Shown: positions 35,628 to 48,889 of the stretch, piece after piece
How positions within the stretch are numbered: the first letter of the stretch is position 1
Layout of the letters: every line of letters starts with the position of its first letter
Origin: Macrostomum lignano
Taxonomy: Eukaryota
Direction of reading: 5' to 3'
DNA length: 64,000 bases
NCBI GenBank assembly: GCA_002269645.1
Contig: NIVC01000590.1
Coordinates: 60,531-124,530, forward strand
Notes under the pieces: generated by a model
What the model saw: the letters and a program-made list of their open reading frames with translations, nothing else
The model's database searches: none
Told to the model about the DNA's origin: nothing
Program-made: the position numbers and the translations under genes

Positions 35628-35695
35628 AGATAGCCTAGATGCGAACAGACTGGACTGCTAATGTAGCGACCTGGGTTCGAATCTTAGTAGCGCAA
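35628..35695 (+). other. tRNA-derived (SINE-head-like) segment present in each full Helitron unit
   Basis: A-box-like TAGCCTAGATG, anticodon-like loop CT-GCT-AA (35655-35661), B-box GGTTCGAATC (35674-35683) in a T-stem, then a T-run. Copies near 26750, 37965, 41495, 45003 and 47550; inverted copy at about 49000-49070. Confidence 0.6.
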
Positions 35696-35749
35696 AATGA
35701 TTTTTTATTAAAACACCTTGAAAAGAAAAAATTGCTAATCATAAAAGAA

Positions 35750-37160
35750 GCGCAATGTCAAATATAGAAGAGCCACCATGTCGAACATAAAAGGGCCACC
35801 ATGTCAAACATTAAAGAGCCACCTTGTCAAACATAGAAGAGCCACCATGTCAAACATTAAAGAGCCACCATGTCAAATATTAAAGAGCCACCTTGTCAAA
35901 CATTAAAGAGCCACCATGTCAAATAATAAAGAGCCACCATTTCAAACCTAAAAGAGCCACCAAGTCGAACATTAACAAGCCACAATGTCAAACATTAAAA
36001 GGCCACCCATTTCCAACCTAAAAGAGCCACCATGTCGAACATTAAAAAGCCACCATGTCAAACATTAAAGAGCCACCATGTCAAACATTAAAGAGCCCCC
36101 ATTTTGAACATTAAAGAGTCACCATGTCAAACATTAAAGAGCCACCATGTAGAACATAAAAGAGCCACCATGTCTAATATAAAAGAGCCACCATGTCAAA
36201 CATTAAAGTGCCATCGTGTCGAACATTAAAGAGCCACCATGTCAAACATAAAGAAGCCACCATGTCAAACATAAAAGAGCCACTATGTTGAACATTAAAG
36301 AGCCACCATGTCAAACATTAAAGAGCCACCATTTTGAACATTAGAGAGTCAACATGTCAAACATTAAAAAGCCACTTTGTTGAGTATTAAAGAGCCATAC
36401 TCAATCCCTGGCCAGCTACCATGCCCCCATGTCAAACATTAAAGAGCCACTTTGTTGAATATTAAAGAGCCACTATGTCAAACATTAAAGAGCCACCATG
36501 TCAAACATTAAAGAGCCACCATGTCTAATATAAAAGAGCCACCATGTCGAACATAAAGGAGCCACTATGTCGAACATAAAAGAGCCACCATGTTAAAAAT
36601 TAAAGAGCCACCCTGTAAAACATTTAAAAGATTCACCATGTCAAACAAATAAGTGACTTCATTTCAAACATAAAAGAACCATCATGTCAAACAGAAAAGA
36701 GCCACCATGTCAAACATTAAAGAGCTACCATGTCAAACATTAAAGAGCCACCATGTAAAACATAAAAGAGCCACCATGTCAAACATTAAAGAGCCACCAT
36801 TTCTAACATAAAAGAGCCACTATGTAAAACATATATGTGACTCTATATCAAACATATACATGACTTCATGTCGAACATTAAAGAGCCACCATGTAGAACA
36901 TTAAAGAGCCACCATGTCAAACATATAAGAGACTTTATTTCAAACATAAAAGAGCCACCATGTTGAGCATTAAAGAGCCACAATGTAAAACATAAAAACG
37001 ACCATTTCGAACATTTAAGAGCCACCATGTTGAACATTAAAGGGCTACCATGTCAATCATTAAAGAGCCACCATGTCAAACATTAAAGTGCCATCGTGTC
37101 GAACATTAAAGAGCTACCATGTTGAACATAAAGGAGCCACCATGTCGAACATAAAAGATA
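35750..37160. repeat. 23-bp minisatellite, Helitron unit 3
   Basis: 23-nt periodicity. Confidence 0.9.
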
Positions 37161-38089
37161 CACAATTTCAAACGTAAAAGTGAGCGAATTTTGAAGGAGC
37201 CACTATAATGCTAAGGAAATTGTCGCACTAGCTACTTATTGTCTGGTGGATGTTTGCTATTTGGGGATGCTATCTATCTGGGGGATGCTTGCTATTTTGG
37301 GGATGCTTGCAATCTGGGGGATGCTTGCTATCTGGGGGATGCTTGCTGTCTTGGGATGATTTCTTTTTGCATTGCACTTCATTTGAGTAGTTTGTCTGTT
37401 TTCTTTGTGAAAGCTTTATTTGGCTATCTTCTTATTCCTTGTAGAGAACAGAGATTCTATACAGATGTCCCCCAACGGGGGGCGAAAATTGCTAGTCCCA
37501 TATACTAAAAATGAAATGTCTGTAGCTATGCGATAGATTTCAGAAAAATTGGCTCAACCGATTTTCTTCAAACTTGCACCATTCGATCAGAAATTTTCCT
37601 GGGACGGTACATGCATCTTGGCTAAGAAATTGCTCAATGTTAAAGGGATTAAATATTCGAAAAACATGCTTTTTTGCAAAGGTCAAGCCAAATTTTCGAC
37701 TTGAAATGCATTGTAAGAATTCTAGAGAAAAAACTGACTGACTGAATTCCGATTGTGATAAAGATTGCATCACAACAAGTTGAAAACATTGCCGAAGAAA
37801 TGCACACACGACTTGATTTAAATTGCGTAACCATATTGCTAACTTAAATTGAGACTGATACTGGCTGACTGAGAAATTGATTATGTCATAACTTTTTACT
37901 CCGATTGACTTGCTGTAAGAATTGAATTATAAGGGCCACAATTCATGTTCTCCAATTGAAAAGAGATAGCCCTGATGCGAACAGACTGGAATGCTAATGT
38001 AGCAACCTGGGTTCGAATCTTAGTAGTACAAAAAGATTTTTTTTATTATAACACCTTAAAAACACAACAAAACTGCTAAACATCAAAGA

Positions 38090-40160
38090 AGCGCAATGTC
38101 AAACATAGAAGAGCCAACATATCGAACATAAAAGAGTTACCATATCAAACATAGAAGAGCCAACATATCGAACATAAAAAAGTTACCATATCAAACATAG
38201 AAGAGCCACCATGTCGAACATTAAAGAGCCATCATGTCAAACATAAAAGAGCCACCATGTCAAACATAAAAGAGCCACCACGTCAAACATAAAAGAGCCA
38301 CCATGTCAAACATAAAAGAGCCACCATTTCTAACATTAAAGAGCCACCATTTCGAACATTAAAGAGCCACCATTTTGAACATTAGAGAGCCACTATGTCA
38401 AACAATTAAGAGCCACCATGTCAAACATAAAAGAGCCACCATGTCGAACATTAAAGAGCCACCATGTCGAACATTAAAGAGCCACAATGTCAAACATTAA
38501 AGAGCCACCATTTCAAACCTAAAGGAGCCACCATGTCGAACATTAAAGAGCCACCATGTCGAACATAAAAGAGCCACCATATCAAACATAAAAGAGTTAC
38601 CATGTCAAACATTAAAGAGCCACCATGTCGAACATTCAAAAGCCACCATGTCAAACATTAAAGAGCCACCATGTTGAACATAAAAGAGCCATTATATCAA
38701 ACATAAAAGAGTTACCATGTCAAACATTAAAGAGCCACCATATCGAACATTAAAGAGCAGCCATGTCAAACATTAAAGAGCCACCATATCAAACATAAAA
38801 GAGTTACCATGTCAAACATTAAAGAGCCACCATATCGAACATTTAAGAGCAGCCATGTCAAACATTAAAGAGCCACCATATAAAACATAAAAGAGTTACC
38901 ATGTCAAACATTAAAGAGCCACCATTTCGAAAATTAAAGAGCCACCATGTTAAACATTTAAGGGCCACCTTGTCAAATATTAAAGAGCCACCATTTCGAA
39001 AATTAAAGAGCCACCATGTTAAACATTAAAGGGACACCTTGTCAAATATTAAAGAGCCACCATTTCAAACCTAAAAGAGCGACCATGTCGAACATACAAG
39101 AGCCACCATGTCGAACATAAAAGAGCCACCATGTCGAACATAAAAGAGCCACCATGTCAAACATAAAAAAGCCAGCATGTCAAACATAAAAGAGCCAACA
39201 TGAAGAACATTAAAGAGCCACCATGTCGACCATTAAAAGAGCCACCATGTCGAACATACAAGAGCCACCATGTCAAACATAAAAAAGCCACCATGTCAAA
39301 CATTAAAGAGCCACCGTTTCAAACCTATAAGAGTTACCATTTTGAACATTAAAAAGCCACCATGTCAAACATTAAAGAGCCACAATGTTAAACATTAAAG
39401 AGCCACCATTTCAAACCTAAAGGAGCCACTATGTCAAACATAAAAGAGCCACCATGTCAAACATAAAACAGCCACCATTTCAAAAATTAAAGAGCCACCA
39501 TGTCAAACATTAAAGAGCCACCATGTCGAACATTAAAGAGCCACCATGTCAAACATAAAACAGCCACCATTTCAAAAATTAAAGAGCCACCATGTCGAAC
39601 AATAAAGAGCCACCATGTCGAACAATAAAGAGCCACCATGTCGAATATTAAAGAGCCACCATGTCGAACAATAAAGAGCCACCATGTCGAACATTAAAGA
39701 GCCACCATGTCGAACATAAAAGAGCCACCATGTCAAACATAGAAGAGCCACCATGTCTAACATAGAAGAGCCACCATGTCGAACAATAAAGAGCCACCAT
39801 GTCGAACATAGAAGAGCCACCATGTCAAACATAGAAGAGCCACCATGTCAAACATAAAAGAGCCACCATGTCGAACAATAAAGAGCCACCATGTCGAACA
39901 ATAAAGAGCCACCATGTCGAACAATAAAGAGCCACCATGTCAAATATAAAACAGCCACCATGACAAACATAAAAGAGCCACCATGTCAAACCTAAAAAAG
40001 CCACCATGTCAAACATAGAAGAGCCACCATGTCAAACATAAAAGAGCCACCATGTCAAACATTAAAGAGCCACCATGTCAAACATAGAAGAGCCACCATG
40101 TCAAACATAGAAGAGCCACTATGTCAAACATAAAAGAGCCACCATGTCAAACATTCAAGA
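38090..40160. repeat. 23-bp minisatellite, Helitron unit 4
   Basis: 23-nt periodicity; variant order almost the same as 41620-43670. Confidence 0.9.
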
Positions 40161-40259
40161 TATACAATTTCAAATGTAAAGGTATAAAGCGCCATGCCAA
40201 TTTAAAGGAGCCACTATAAAGCTAAGGAAATTGTCGCTCTAGCTACTTATTGTCTGGTG

Positions 40260-40875
40260 GATGGTTGCTATTTGGGGATGCTATCTATCTGGGGGATGCT
40301 TGCTATTTGGAGGATGCTTGCTTTCTGGGGGATGCTTGCTATCTGGGCGATGCTTGCTATTTGGGGTATGCTTGCTATCTGAGGGATGCTTGCTATCTGG
40401 GGAATGTTTGCTATCTGGGGAATGTTTGCTATCTGGGGAATGCTTGCTATCTGGGGGATGCTTGCTATCTGGGGGATATTTGCTATCTGGGGGATGCTTG
40501 CTATCTGGGGGATGCTTGCTATCTGGGGGATCCTTGCTATCTGGGGTATGCTTGCTATCTGAGGGATGCTTGCTATCTGGGGAATGCTTGCTATCTGGGG
40601 GATGCTTGCTATCTGGGGGATGTTTGCTATCTGGGGGATGCTTGCTATCTGGGGGATGCTTGCTATCTGGGGATGCTTGCTATCTGGGGGATGCTTGCTA
40701 TTTGAGGGATGCTTGCTATCTGGGGAATGCTTGCTATCTGGGGGATGCTTGCTATCTGGGGATGCTTGCTATCTGGGGGATGCTTGCTATCTGGGGGATG
40801 CTTGCTATTTGAGGGATGCTTGCTATCTGGGGAATGCTTGCTATCTGGAGGATGCTTGCTATCTGGAGGATGCTT
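40260..40875. repeat. 18-bp G-rich minisatellite, Helitron unit 4
   Basis: 18-nt periodicity. Confidence 0.9.
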
Positions 40876-41619
40876 GTGGTTTCGGGAAGATTTCTTATTG
40901 CAATTCACTTCATTTGAGCAGTTTGTCTGTTGTCTTTGTGAAGGATTTTTTGGCTGTCTTTTTGTTACTTGTAGAGAACAGAGATTCTATCCAGATGTCC
41001 CCCATCGGGGGGCGAAGATTGCTAGTCCCATATACTAAAAATGAAATGTCTGTAGCTATGCGATAGATTTCAGAAAAATTGGCTCAACCGATTTTCTTCA
41101 AACTTGCACCATTCGATCAGAAATTTTCCTGGGACGGTACATGCATCTTGGCTAAGAAATTGCTCAATGTTAAAGGGATTAAATATTCGAAAAACATGCT
41201 TTTTTGCAAAGGTCAAGCCAAATTTTCGACTTGAAATGCATTGTAAGAATTCTAGAGAAAAAACTGACTGACTGAATTCCGATTGTGATAAAGATTGCAT
41301 CACAACAAGTTGAAAACAGTGCCGAAGAAACGCACACACGACTTGATTTAAATTGCGTAACCATATTGCTAACTTAAATTGAGACTGATACTGGCTGACT
41401 GAGAAATTGATTATGTCATAACTTTTTACTCCGATTGACTTGCTGTAAGAATTGAATTATAAGGGCCACAATTCATGTTCTCCAATTGAAAAGAGATAGC
41501 CCTGATGCGAACAGACTGGAATGCTAATGTAGCAACCTGGGTTCGAATCTTAGTAGTACAAAAAGATTTTTTTTATTATAACACCTTAAAAACACAACAA
41601 AACTGCTAAACATCAAAGA

Positions 41620-43670
41620 AGCGCAATGTCAAACATAGAAGAGCCAACATATCGAACATAAAAGAGTTACCATATCAAACATAGAAGAGCCAACATATCG
41701 AACATAAAAGAGTTACCATATCAAACATAGAAGAGCCACCATGTCGAACATTAAAGAGCCATCATGTCAAACATAAAAGAGCCACCATGTCAAACATAAA
41801 AGAGCCACCACGTCAAACATAAAAGAGCCACCATGTCAAACATAAAAGAGCCACCATTTCTAACATTAAAGAGCCACCATTTCGAACATTAAAGAGCCAC
41901 CATTTTGAACATTAGAGAGCCACTATGTCAAACAATTAAGAGCCACCATGTCAAACATAAAAGAGCCACCATGTCGAACATTAAAGAGCCACCATGTCGA
42001 ACATTAAAGAGCCACAATGTCAAACATTAAAGAGCCACCATTTCAAACCTAAAGGAGCCACCATGTCGAACATTAAAGAGCCACCATGTCGAACATAAAA
42101 GAGCCACCATATCAAACATAAAAGAGTTACCATGTCAAACATTAAAGAGCCACCATGTCGAACATTCAAAAGCCACCATGTCAAACATTAAAGAGCAACC
42201 ATGTTGAACATAAAAGAGTCATTATATCAAACATAAAAGAGTTACCATGTCAAACATTAAAGAGCCACCATATCGAACATTAAAGAGCAGCCATGTCAAA
42301 CATTAAAGAGCCACCATATCAAACATAAAAGAGTTACCATGTCAAACATTAAAGAGCCACCATATCGAACATTTAAGAGCAGCCATGTCAAACATTAAAG
42401 AGCCACCATATAAAACATAAAAGAGTTACCATGTCAAACATTAAAGAGCCACCATTTCGAAAATTAAAGAGCCACCATGTTAAACATTTAAGGGCCACCT
42501 TGTCAAATATTAAAGAGCCACCATTTCGAAAATTAAAGAGCCACCATGTTAAACATTAAAGGGACACCTTGTCAAATATTAAAGAGCCACCATTTCAAAC
42601 CTAAAAGAGCGACCATGTCGAACATACAAGAGCCACCATGTCGAACATAAAAGAGCCACCATGTCGAACATAAAAGAGCCACCATGTCAAACATAAAAAA
42701 GCCAGCATGTCAAACATAAAAGAGCCAACATGAAGAACATTAAAGAGCCACCATGTCGACCATTAAAAGAGCCACCATGTCGAACATACAAGAGCCACCA
42801 TGTCAAACATAAAAAAGCCACCATGTCAAACATTAAAGAGCCACCGTTTCAAACCTATAAGAGTTACCATTTTGAACATTAAAAAGCCACCATGTCAAAC
42901 ATTAAAGAGCCACAATGTTAAACATTAAAGAGCCACCATTTCAAACCTAAAGGAGCCACTATGTCAAACATAAAAGAGCCACCATGTCAAACATAAAACA
43001 GCCACCATTTCAAAAATTAAAGAGCCACCATGTCAAACATTAAAGAGCCACCATGTCGAACATTAAAGAGCCACCATGTCAAACATAAAACAGCCACCAT
43101 TTCAAAAATTAAAGAGCCACCATGTCGAACAATAAAGAGCCACCATGTCGAACAATAAAGAGCCACCATGTCGAATATTAAAGAGCCACCATGTCGAACA
43201 ATAAAGAGCCACCATGTCGAACATTAAAGAGCCACCATGTCGAACATAAAAGAGCCACCATGTCAAACATAGAAGAGCCACCATGTCTAACATAGAAGAG
43301 CCACCATGTCGAACAATAAAGAGCCACCATGTCGAACATAGAAGAGCCACCATGTCAAACATAGAAGAGCCACCATGTCAAACATAAAAGAGCCACCATG
43401 TCGAACAATAAAGAGCCACCATGTCGAACAATAAAGAGCCACCATGTCGAACAATAAAGAGCCACCATGTCAAATATAAAACAGCCACCATGTCAAACAT
43501 AAAAGAGCCACCATGTCAAACCTAAAAAAGCCACCATGTCAAACATAGAAGAGCCACCATGTCAAACATTAAAGAGCCACCATGTCAAACATAGAAGAGC
43601 CACCATGTCAAACATAGAAGAGCCACTATGTCAAACATAAAAGAGCCACCATGTCAAACATTCAAGATAT
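41620..43670. repeat. 23-bp minisatellite, Helitron unit 5
   Basis: 23-nt periodicity. Confidence 0.9.
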
Positions 43671-43769
43671 ACAATTTCAAATGTAAAGGTATAAAGCGCC
43701 ATGCCAATTTAAAGGAGCCACTATAAAGCTAAGGAAATTGTCGCTCTAGCTACTTATTGTCTGGTGGAT

Positions 43770-44395
43770 GGTTGCTATTTGGGGATGCTATCTATCTGGG
43801 GGATGCTTGCTATTTGGAGGATGCTTGCTTTCTGGGGGATGCTTGCTATCTGGGCGATGCTTGCTATTTGGGGTATGCTTGCTATCTGAGGGATGCTTGC
43901 TATCTGGGGAATGTTTGCTATCTGGGGAATGTTTGCTATCTGGGGAATGCTTGCTATCTGGGGGATGCTTGCTATCTGGGGGATGCTTGTTATCTGGGGG
44001 ATGCTTGCTATCTGGGGGATGCTTGCTATCTGGGGGATCCTTGCTATCTGGGGTATGCTTGCTATCTGAGGGATGCTTGCTATCTGGGGAATGCTTGCTA
44101 TCTGGGGGATGCTTGCTATCTGGGGGATGTTTGCTATCTGGGGGATGCTTGCTATCTGGGGGATGCTTGCTATCTGGGGGATGCTTGCTATCTGGGGGAT
44201 GCTTGCTATTTGAGGGATGCTTGCTATCTGGGGAATGCTTGCTATCTGGGGGATGCTTGCTATCTGGGGGATGCTTGCTATCTGAGGGATGCTTGCTATC
44301 TGGGGGATGCTTGCTATTTGAGGGATGCTTGCTATCTGGGGAATGCTTGCTATCTGGAGGATGCGTGCTATCTGGAGGATGCTTGTGGTTTCGGG
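43770..44395. repeat. 18-bp G-rich minisatellite, Helitron unit 5
   Basis: 18-nt periodicity. Confidence 0.9.
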
Positions 44396-45129
44396 AAGAT
44401 TTCTTATTGCAATTCACTTCATTTGAGCAGTTTGTCTGTTGTCTTTGTGAAGGATTTTTTGGCTGTCTTTTTGTTACTTGTAGAGAACAGAGATTCTATC
44501 CAGATGTCCCCCATCGGGGGGCGAAGATTGCTAGTCCCATATACTAAAAATGAAATGTCTGTAGCTATGCGATAGATTTCAGAAAAATTGGCTCAACCGA
44601 TTTTCTTCAAACTTGCACCATTCGATCAGAAATTTTCCTGGGACGGTACATGCATCTTGGCTAAGAAATTGCTCAATGTTAAAGGGATTAAATATTCGAA
44701 AAACATGCTTTTTTGCAAAGGTCAAGCCAAATTTTCGACTTGAAATGCATTGTAAGAATTCTAGAGAAAAAACTGACTGACTGAATTCCGATTGTGATAA
44801 AGATTGCATCACAACAAGTTGAAAACAGTGCCGAAGAAACGCACACACGACTTGTTTTAAATTGCGTAACCATATTGCTAACTTAAATTGAGACTGATAC
44901 TGGCTGACTGAGAAATTGATTATGTCATAACTTTTTACTCCGATTGACTTGCTGTAAGAATTGAATTATAAGGGCCACAATTCATGTTCTCCAATTGAAA
45001 AGAGATAGCCCTGATGCGAACAGACTGGAATGCTAATGTAGCAACCTGGGTTCGAATCTTAGTAGTACAAAAAGATTTTTTTTATTATAACACCTTAAAA
45101 ACACAACAAAACTGCTAAACATCAAAGAA

Positions 45130-46925
45130 GCGCAATGTCAAACATAGAAGAGCCAACATATCGAACATAAAAGAGTTACCATATCAAACATAGAAGAGCC
45201 AACATATCGAACATAAAAGAGTTACCATATAAAACATAGAAGAGCCACCATGTCGAACATAAAAGAGCCATCATGTCAAACATAAAAGAGCCACCATGTC
45301 AAACATAAAAGAGCCACCACGTCAAACATAAAAGAGCCACCATTTTGAACATTAAAAAACCACCATGTCGAACATTAAAGAGCCACCATGTCGAACATTA
45401 AAGGGCCACCATGTAGAACATTAAAGAGCTACCATGTCGAACATTAAAAAACCACCATGTCGAACATTAAAGAGCCACCATGTCAAACCTAAAAGAGCCA
45501 CCATGTCGAACATTAAAGAGCCACCATGTCAAACATAAATCTGGCATGATGTCAAACATTAAAGTGCCACCATATCGAACATTAAAGAACCACCATGTCT
45601 AACAGTAAAGAGCCACCATGTCGAACATTAAAGGGCCACCATGTAGAACATTAAAGAGCCACCATGTCGAACATAAAAGAACCACCATGTCGAACATAAA
45701 TCTGGCATGATGTCAAACATTAAAGTGCCACCATATCGAACATTAAAGAGCCACCATGTCTAACAGTAAAGAGCCACCATGTCGAACATTAAAGGGCCAC
45801 CATGTAGAACATTAAAGAGCCACCATGTCGAACATTAAAGAGCCACCATGTCAAAAATTAAAGGACCACCATGTCGAACATTAAAGAGCCACCATGTAAA
45901 ACATTAAAGAGCCACATTGTTAAACATAGAAGAGCCACCATGTCTAACATTAAAGAACCACCATGTCGAACATTAAAGAGCCACCATGTAAAACATTAAA
46001 GAGCCACATTGTTAAACATAGAAGAGCCACCATGTCTAACATTAAAGAACCACCATGTCAAACATAAAAGAGCCACCATGTCTAACATTAAAGAGCCACC
46101 ATGTCTAACATTAAAGAGCCACCATGTAAAACATTAAAGAGCCACATTGTTAAACATAGAAGAGCCACCATGTCTAACATTAAAGAGCCACCATGTCTAA
46201 CATTAAAGAGCCACATTGTTAAACATAGAAGAGCCACCATGTCTAACATTAAAGAGCCACCATGTCTAACATTAAAGAGCCACCATGTCTAACAGTAAAA
46301 AGCCACCATGTCGCCTGCTATCTGGGGGTGCTTGCTATCTGGGAGAGCCTGCTATCTGGGGGTGCTTGCTATCTGGTGGTGCTTGCTATCTGGGGGTGCT
46401 TGCTATCTGGAGGTGCTTGCTATCTGGGGGTGCCTGCTATCTGGGGGTGCCTGCTATCTGGGGGTGCTAGCTATCTGGTGGTGCTTGCTATCTGGGGGTG
46501 CTTGCTATCTGGGGTGCTTGCTATCTGGGGGTGCTTGCTATCTGGTGGTGCTTGCTATCTGGGGGTGCTTGCTATCTGGAGGTGCTTGCTATCTGGGGGT
46601 GCCTGCTATCTGGGGGTGCCTGCTATCTGGGGGTGCTAGCTATCTGGTGGTGCTTGCTATCTGGGGGTGCTTGCTATCTGGGGTGCTTGCTATCTGGGGG
46701 TGCTTGCTATCTGGGGGTGCTTGCTATCTGGGGGTGCTTGCTATCTGGGGTGCTTGCTATCTGGGGGATGCTTGCTATCTGGGGGGTTCCTGCTATCTGG
46801 GGGGTGCTTGCTATCTGGGGGGTACTTGCTATCTGGGGGGTGCTTGCTATCTGGGGGGTGCCTGCTATCTGGGGGGATGCTTGCTTTCTGGAGGTGCTTG
46901 CTATCTGGGGGGATGCTTGCTGTCT
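45130..46925. repeat. 23-bp array (to about 46310) fused directly to an 18-bp-type array, Helitron unit 6
   Basis: Abrupt switch CCACCATGTC|GCCTGCTATCTGGGG near 46310; the linker seen in other units is missing. Confidence 0.85.
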
Positions 46926-47669
46926 TAGGATGTTTTTTTTTCGCATTGCACTTCATCTGAGCAGTTTTTCTATTGACTATGTGAAGGCTTTGTTTGACCA
47001 TCTTATTGATACTTGTAGAGAACAGAGATTCTATCTAGATGTCCCCCATCGGGGGGCGAAGATTGCTAGTCCCATATACTAAAAATGAGTTGTCTGTATC
47101 TATCTATCTAGCTATGCGATAGATTTCAGAAAAAACGGCTCAACTGATTTTCTTCAAACTTGCACCATTCGATCAGAAATTTTCCTGGGACGGTACATGC
47201 ATCTTGGCTAAGAAATTGCTCAATATTAAAGGAATTAAATATTCGAAAAACATGCTTTTTTGCAAAGGTCAAGCAGCTCTTTCGACCTGAAATGCATTGT
47301 AAGAATGCTAGAGAAAAAACTGACTGACTGAATTCCAATTGTGATAAGGATTACATCACAACCAGTTGAAAACAGTGACGAAGAAATGCACACAAAACTT
47401 GATTTAAATTGCATAACAATATTGCTAACTTAAATTGACACTGATACTGGCTGACTGAGAAATTGATTATGTCATAACTTTTTACTCTAACCGATTTGCT
47501 ATAAGAATTTAATTATAAGTGCCACAATTCATGTTCTCCAATTGACAAGAGATAGCATAGATGCGAACAGACTGGACTGCTAATGCAGCGACCTGGGTTC
47601 GAATCTTAGTAGCGCAAAAAGATTTTTTTATTCAAAAACCTTAAAAACACAAAATGCTAAACACAAAAA

Positions 47670-48745
47670 AGCACAATGTCAAACATTAAAGAGCCACAAT
47701 GTCGAACATAAAAGAGCCACCATGTCTAACGTTAAAGAGCCACCATGAAGAACATTATAGAGCCACCATGTCTAACATTTATGAGCCACAATGTCAAACA
47801 TTAAAGAGCCATCATTATAGACATTAAGGTGCCACCAGGTCAAACATTAAAGAGCCACCATGTCTAACATTAACGAGTCACCATGTCAAGTATATTCGTG
47901 ACTCATTGTCAAACATCAAAGAGCCATCATGCCAAACATTATAGAGCCACCATGTCGAAAATAAAAAAGCCACTATGTAGAACATTAAAGAGCCACCATG
48001 TCTAACATTAAAGAGCCACCATGTCTAACATTAAAGAGCCATCATGTCAAACATTAAAGAGCCATCATGTCAAACATAAAAGAGCCACCATGTCAAACAT
48101 AAAAGGACCACCATGTCAAACATTAAAGAGCCACCCTATCAAACATTAAAGAGCCATCATTACAGACATTAAGGTGCCACCAGGTCAAACATTAAAGAGC
48201 CACCATGTCTAACATTAACGAGTCACCATGTCAAGTATATTCGTGACTCCATGTCAAACATCAAAGAGCCATCATGCCGAACATTAAAGAGCCACCATGT
48301 TGAAAATATAAAGCCACCATGTAGAACATAAAAGAGCCATCATGTCAAACATAAAAGAGCCACCATGTCTAACATTAAAGAGCCACCATGTAAAACATAA
48401 AAGGACCAACATGTCAAACATTAAAGAGCCACCATGTCAAGCATAAAAGGACCACCATGTCGAACATTAAAGAGCCACCATGTCAAAAATTAAAGAGCCA
48501 CCATGTCTAACATTATAGAGCCACCATGTAGAACATAAAAGAGCCACCATGTAGAACATAAAAGAGCCACCATGTAGAACATAAAAGAGCCACCATGTCA
48601 AAGAGCTATCCGGGAGGGGGGATGCTTCCTATCTGGTGGATGCTAGCTATCTGGGGGATGCTTGCTATTTGGGGGATGCGTGCTATCTGGGGGATGCTTG
48701 TAATCTGGGGGGATGCTTGCTATCTGGGGGATGCTTGCTGTCTTG
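47670..48745. repeat. 23-bp array (to about 48600) plus short 18-bp array, Helitron unit 7
   Basis: Direct periodicities. Confidence 0.85.
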
Positions 48746-48889
48746 GGATGATTTCGTTTTGCATTACACTTTATTTGAGCAGTTTATCTGTTGTCTTTGT
48801 GAAGGCTTTATTTGGCTGTCTTTTTGTTACTTGTAGAGAACAGAGATTGTATCCAGATGTCCCCAAATGGGGGGCGAAGATTGCTAGTC

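Larger units (their letters stand above)
26136..48887 (+). mobile_element. Head-to-tail array of 7 non-autonomous Helitrons (22,752 bp)
   Basis: Each unit ends in GTCCCC(C)-A(A/T)(C/T)-GGGGGGC hairpin, 8 nt, CTAG, and the next begins TCC(C/T/A)ATATAC. Junctions at 26275, 35150, 37495, 41025, 44534 and 47069. Outer flanks AATAAA| and |TCGTTACT rejoin the pLTR sequence. No RepHel ORF. Confidence 0.85.

Noticed and set aside
35628-35695. Functional tRNA-Ser(GCT) gene
   Set aside because: Acceptor and D stems pair poorly, the long variable arm is missing, and the anticodon varies among copies (GCC at about 26780).
35750-48600. Perfect Kozak sequence GCCACCATG in most 23-bp units
   Set aside because: The downstream frame cycles through the repeat and nothing indicates translation; treated as coincidence.
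26870-48745. Repeat-derived ORFs (GDACYL, MLAIWG, GGCLLS, PPDSKH) and CRISPR-like appearance
   Set aside because: Units are contiguous 18-bp and 23-bp tandem repeats with no unique spacers and no cas genes, in a eukaryotic context.
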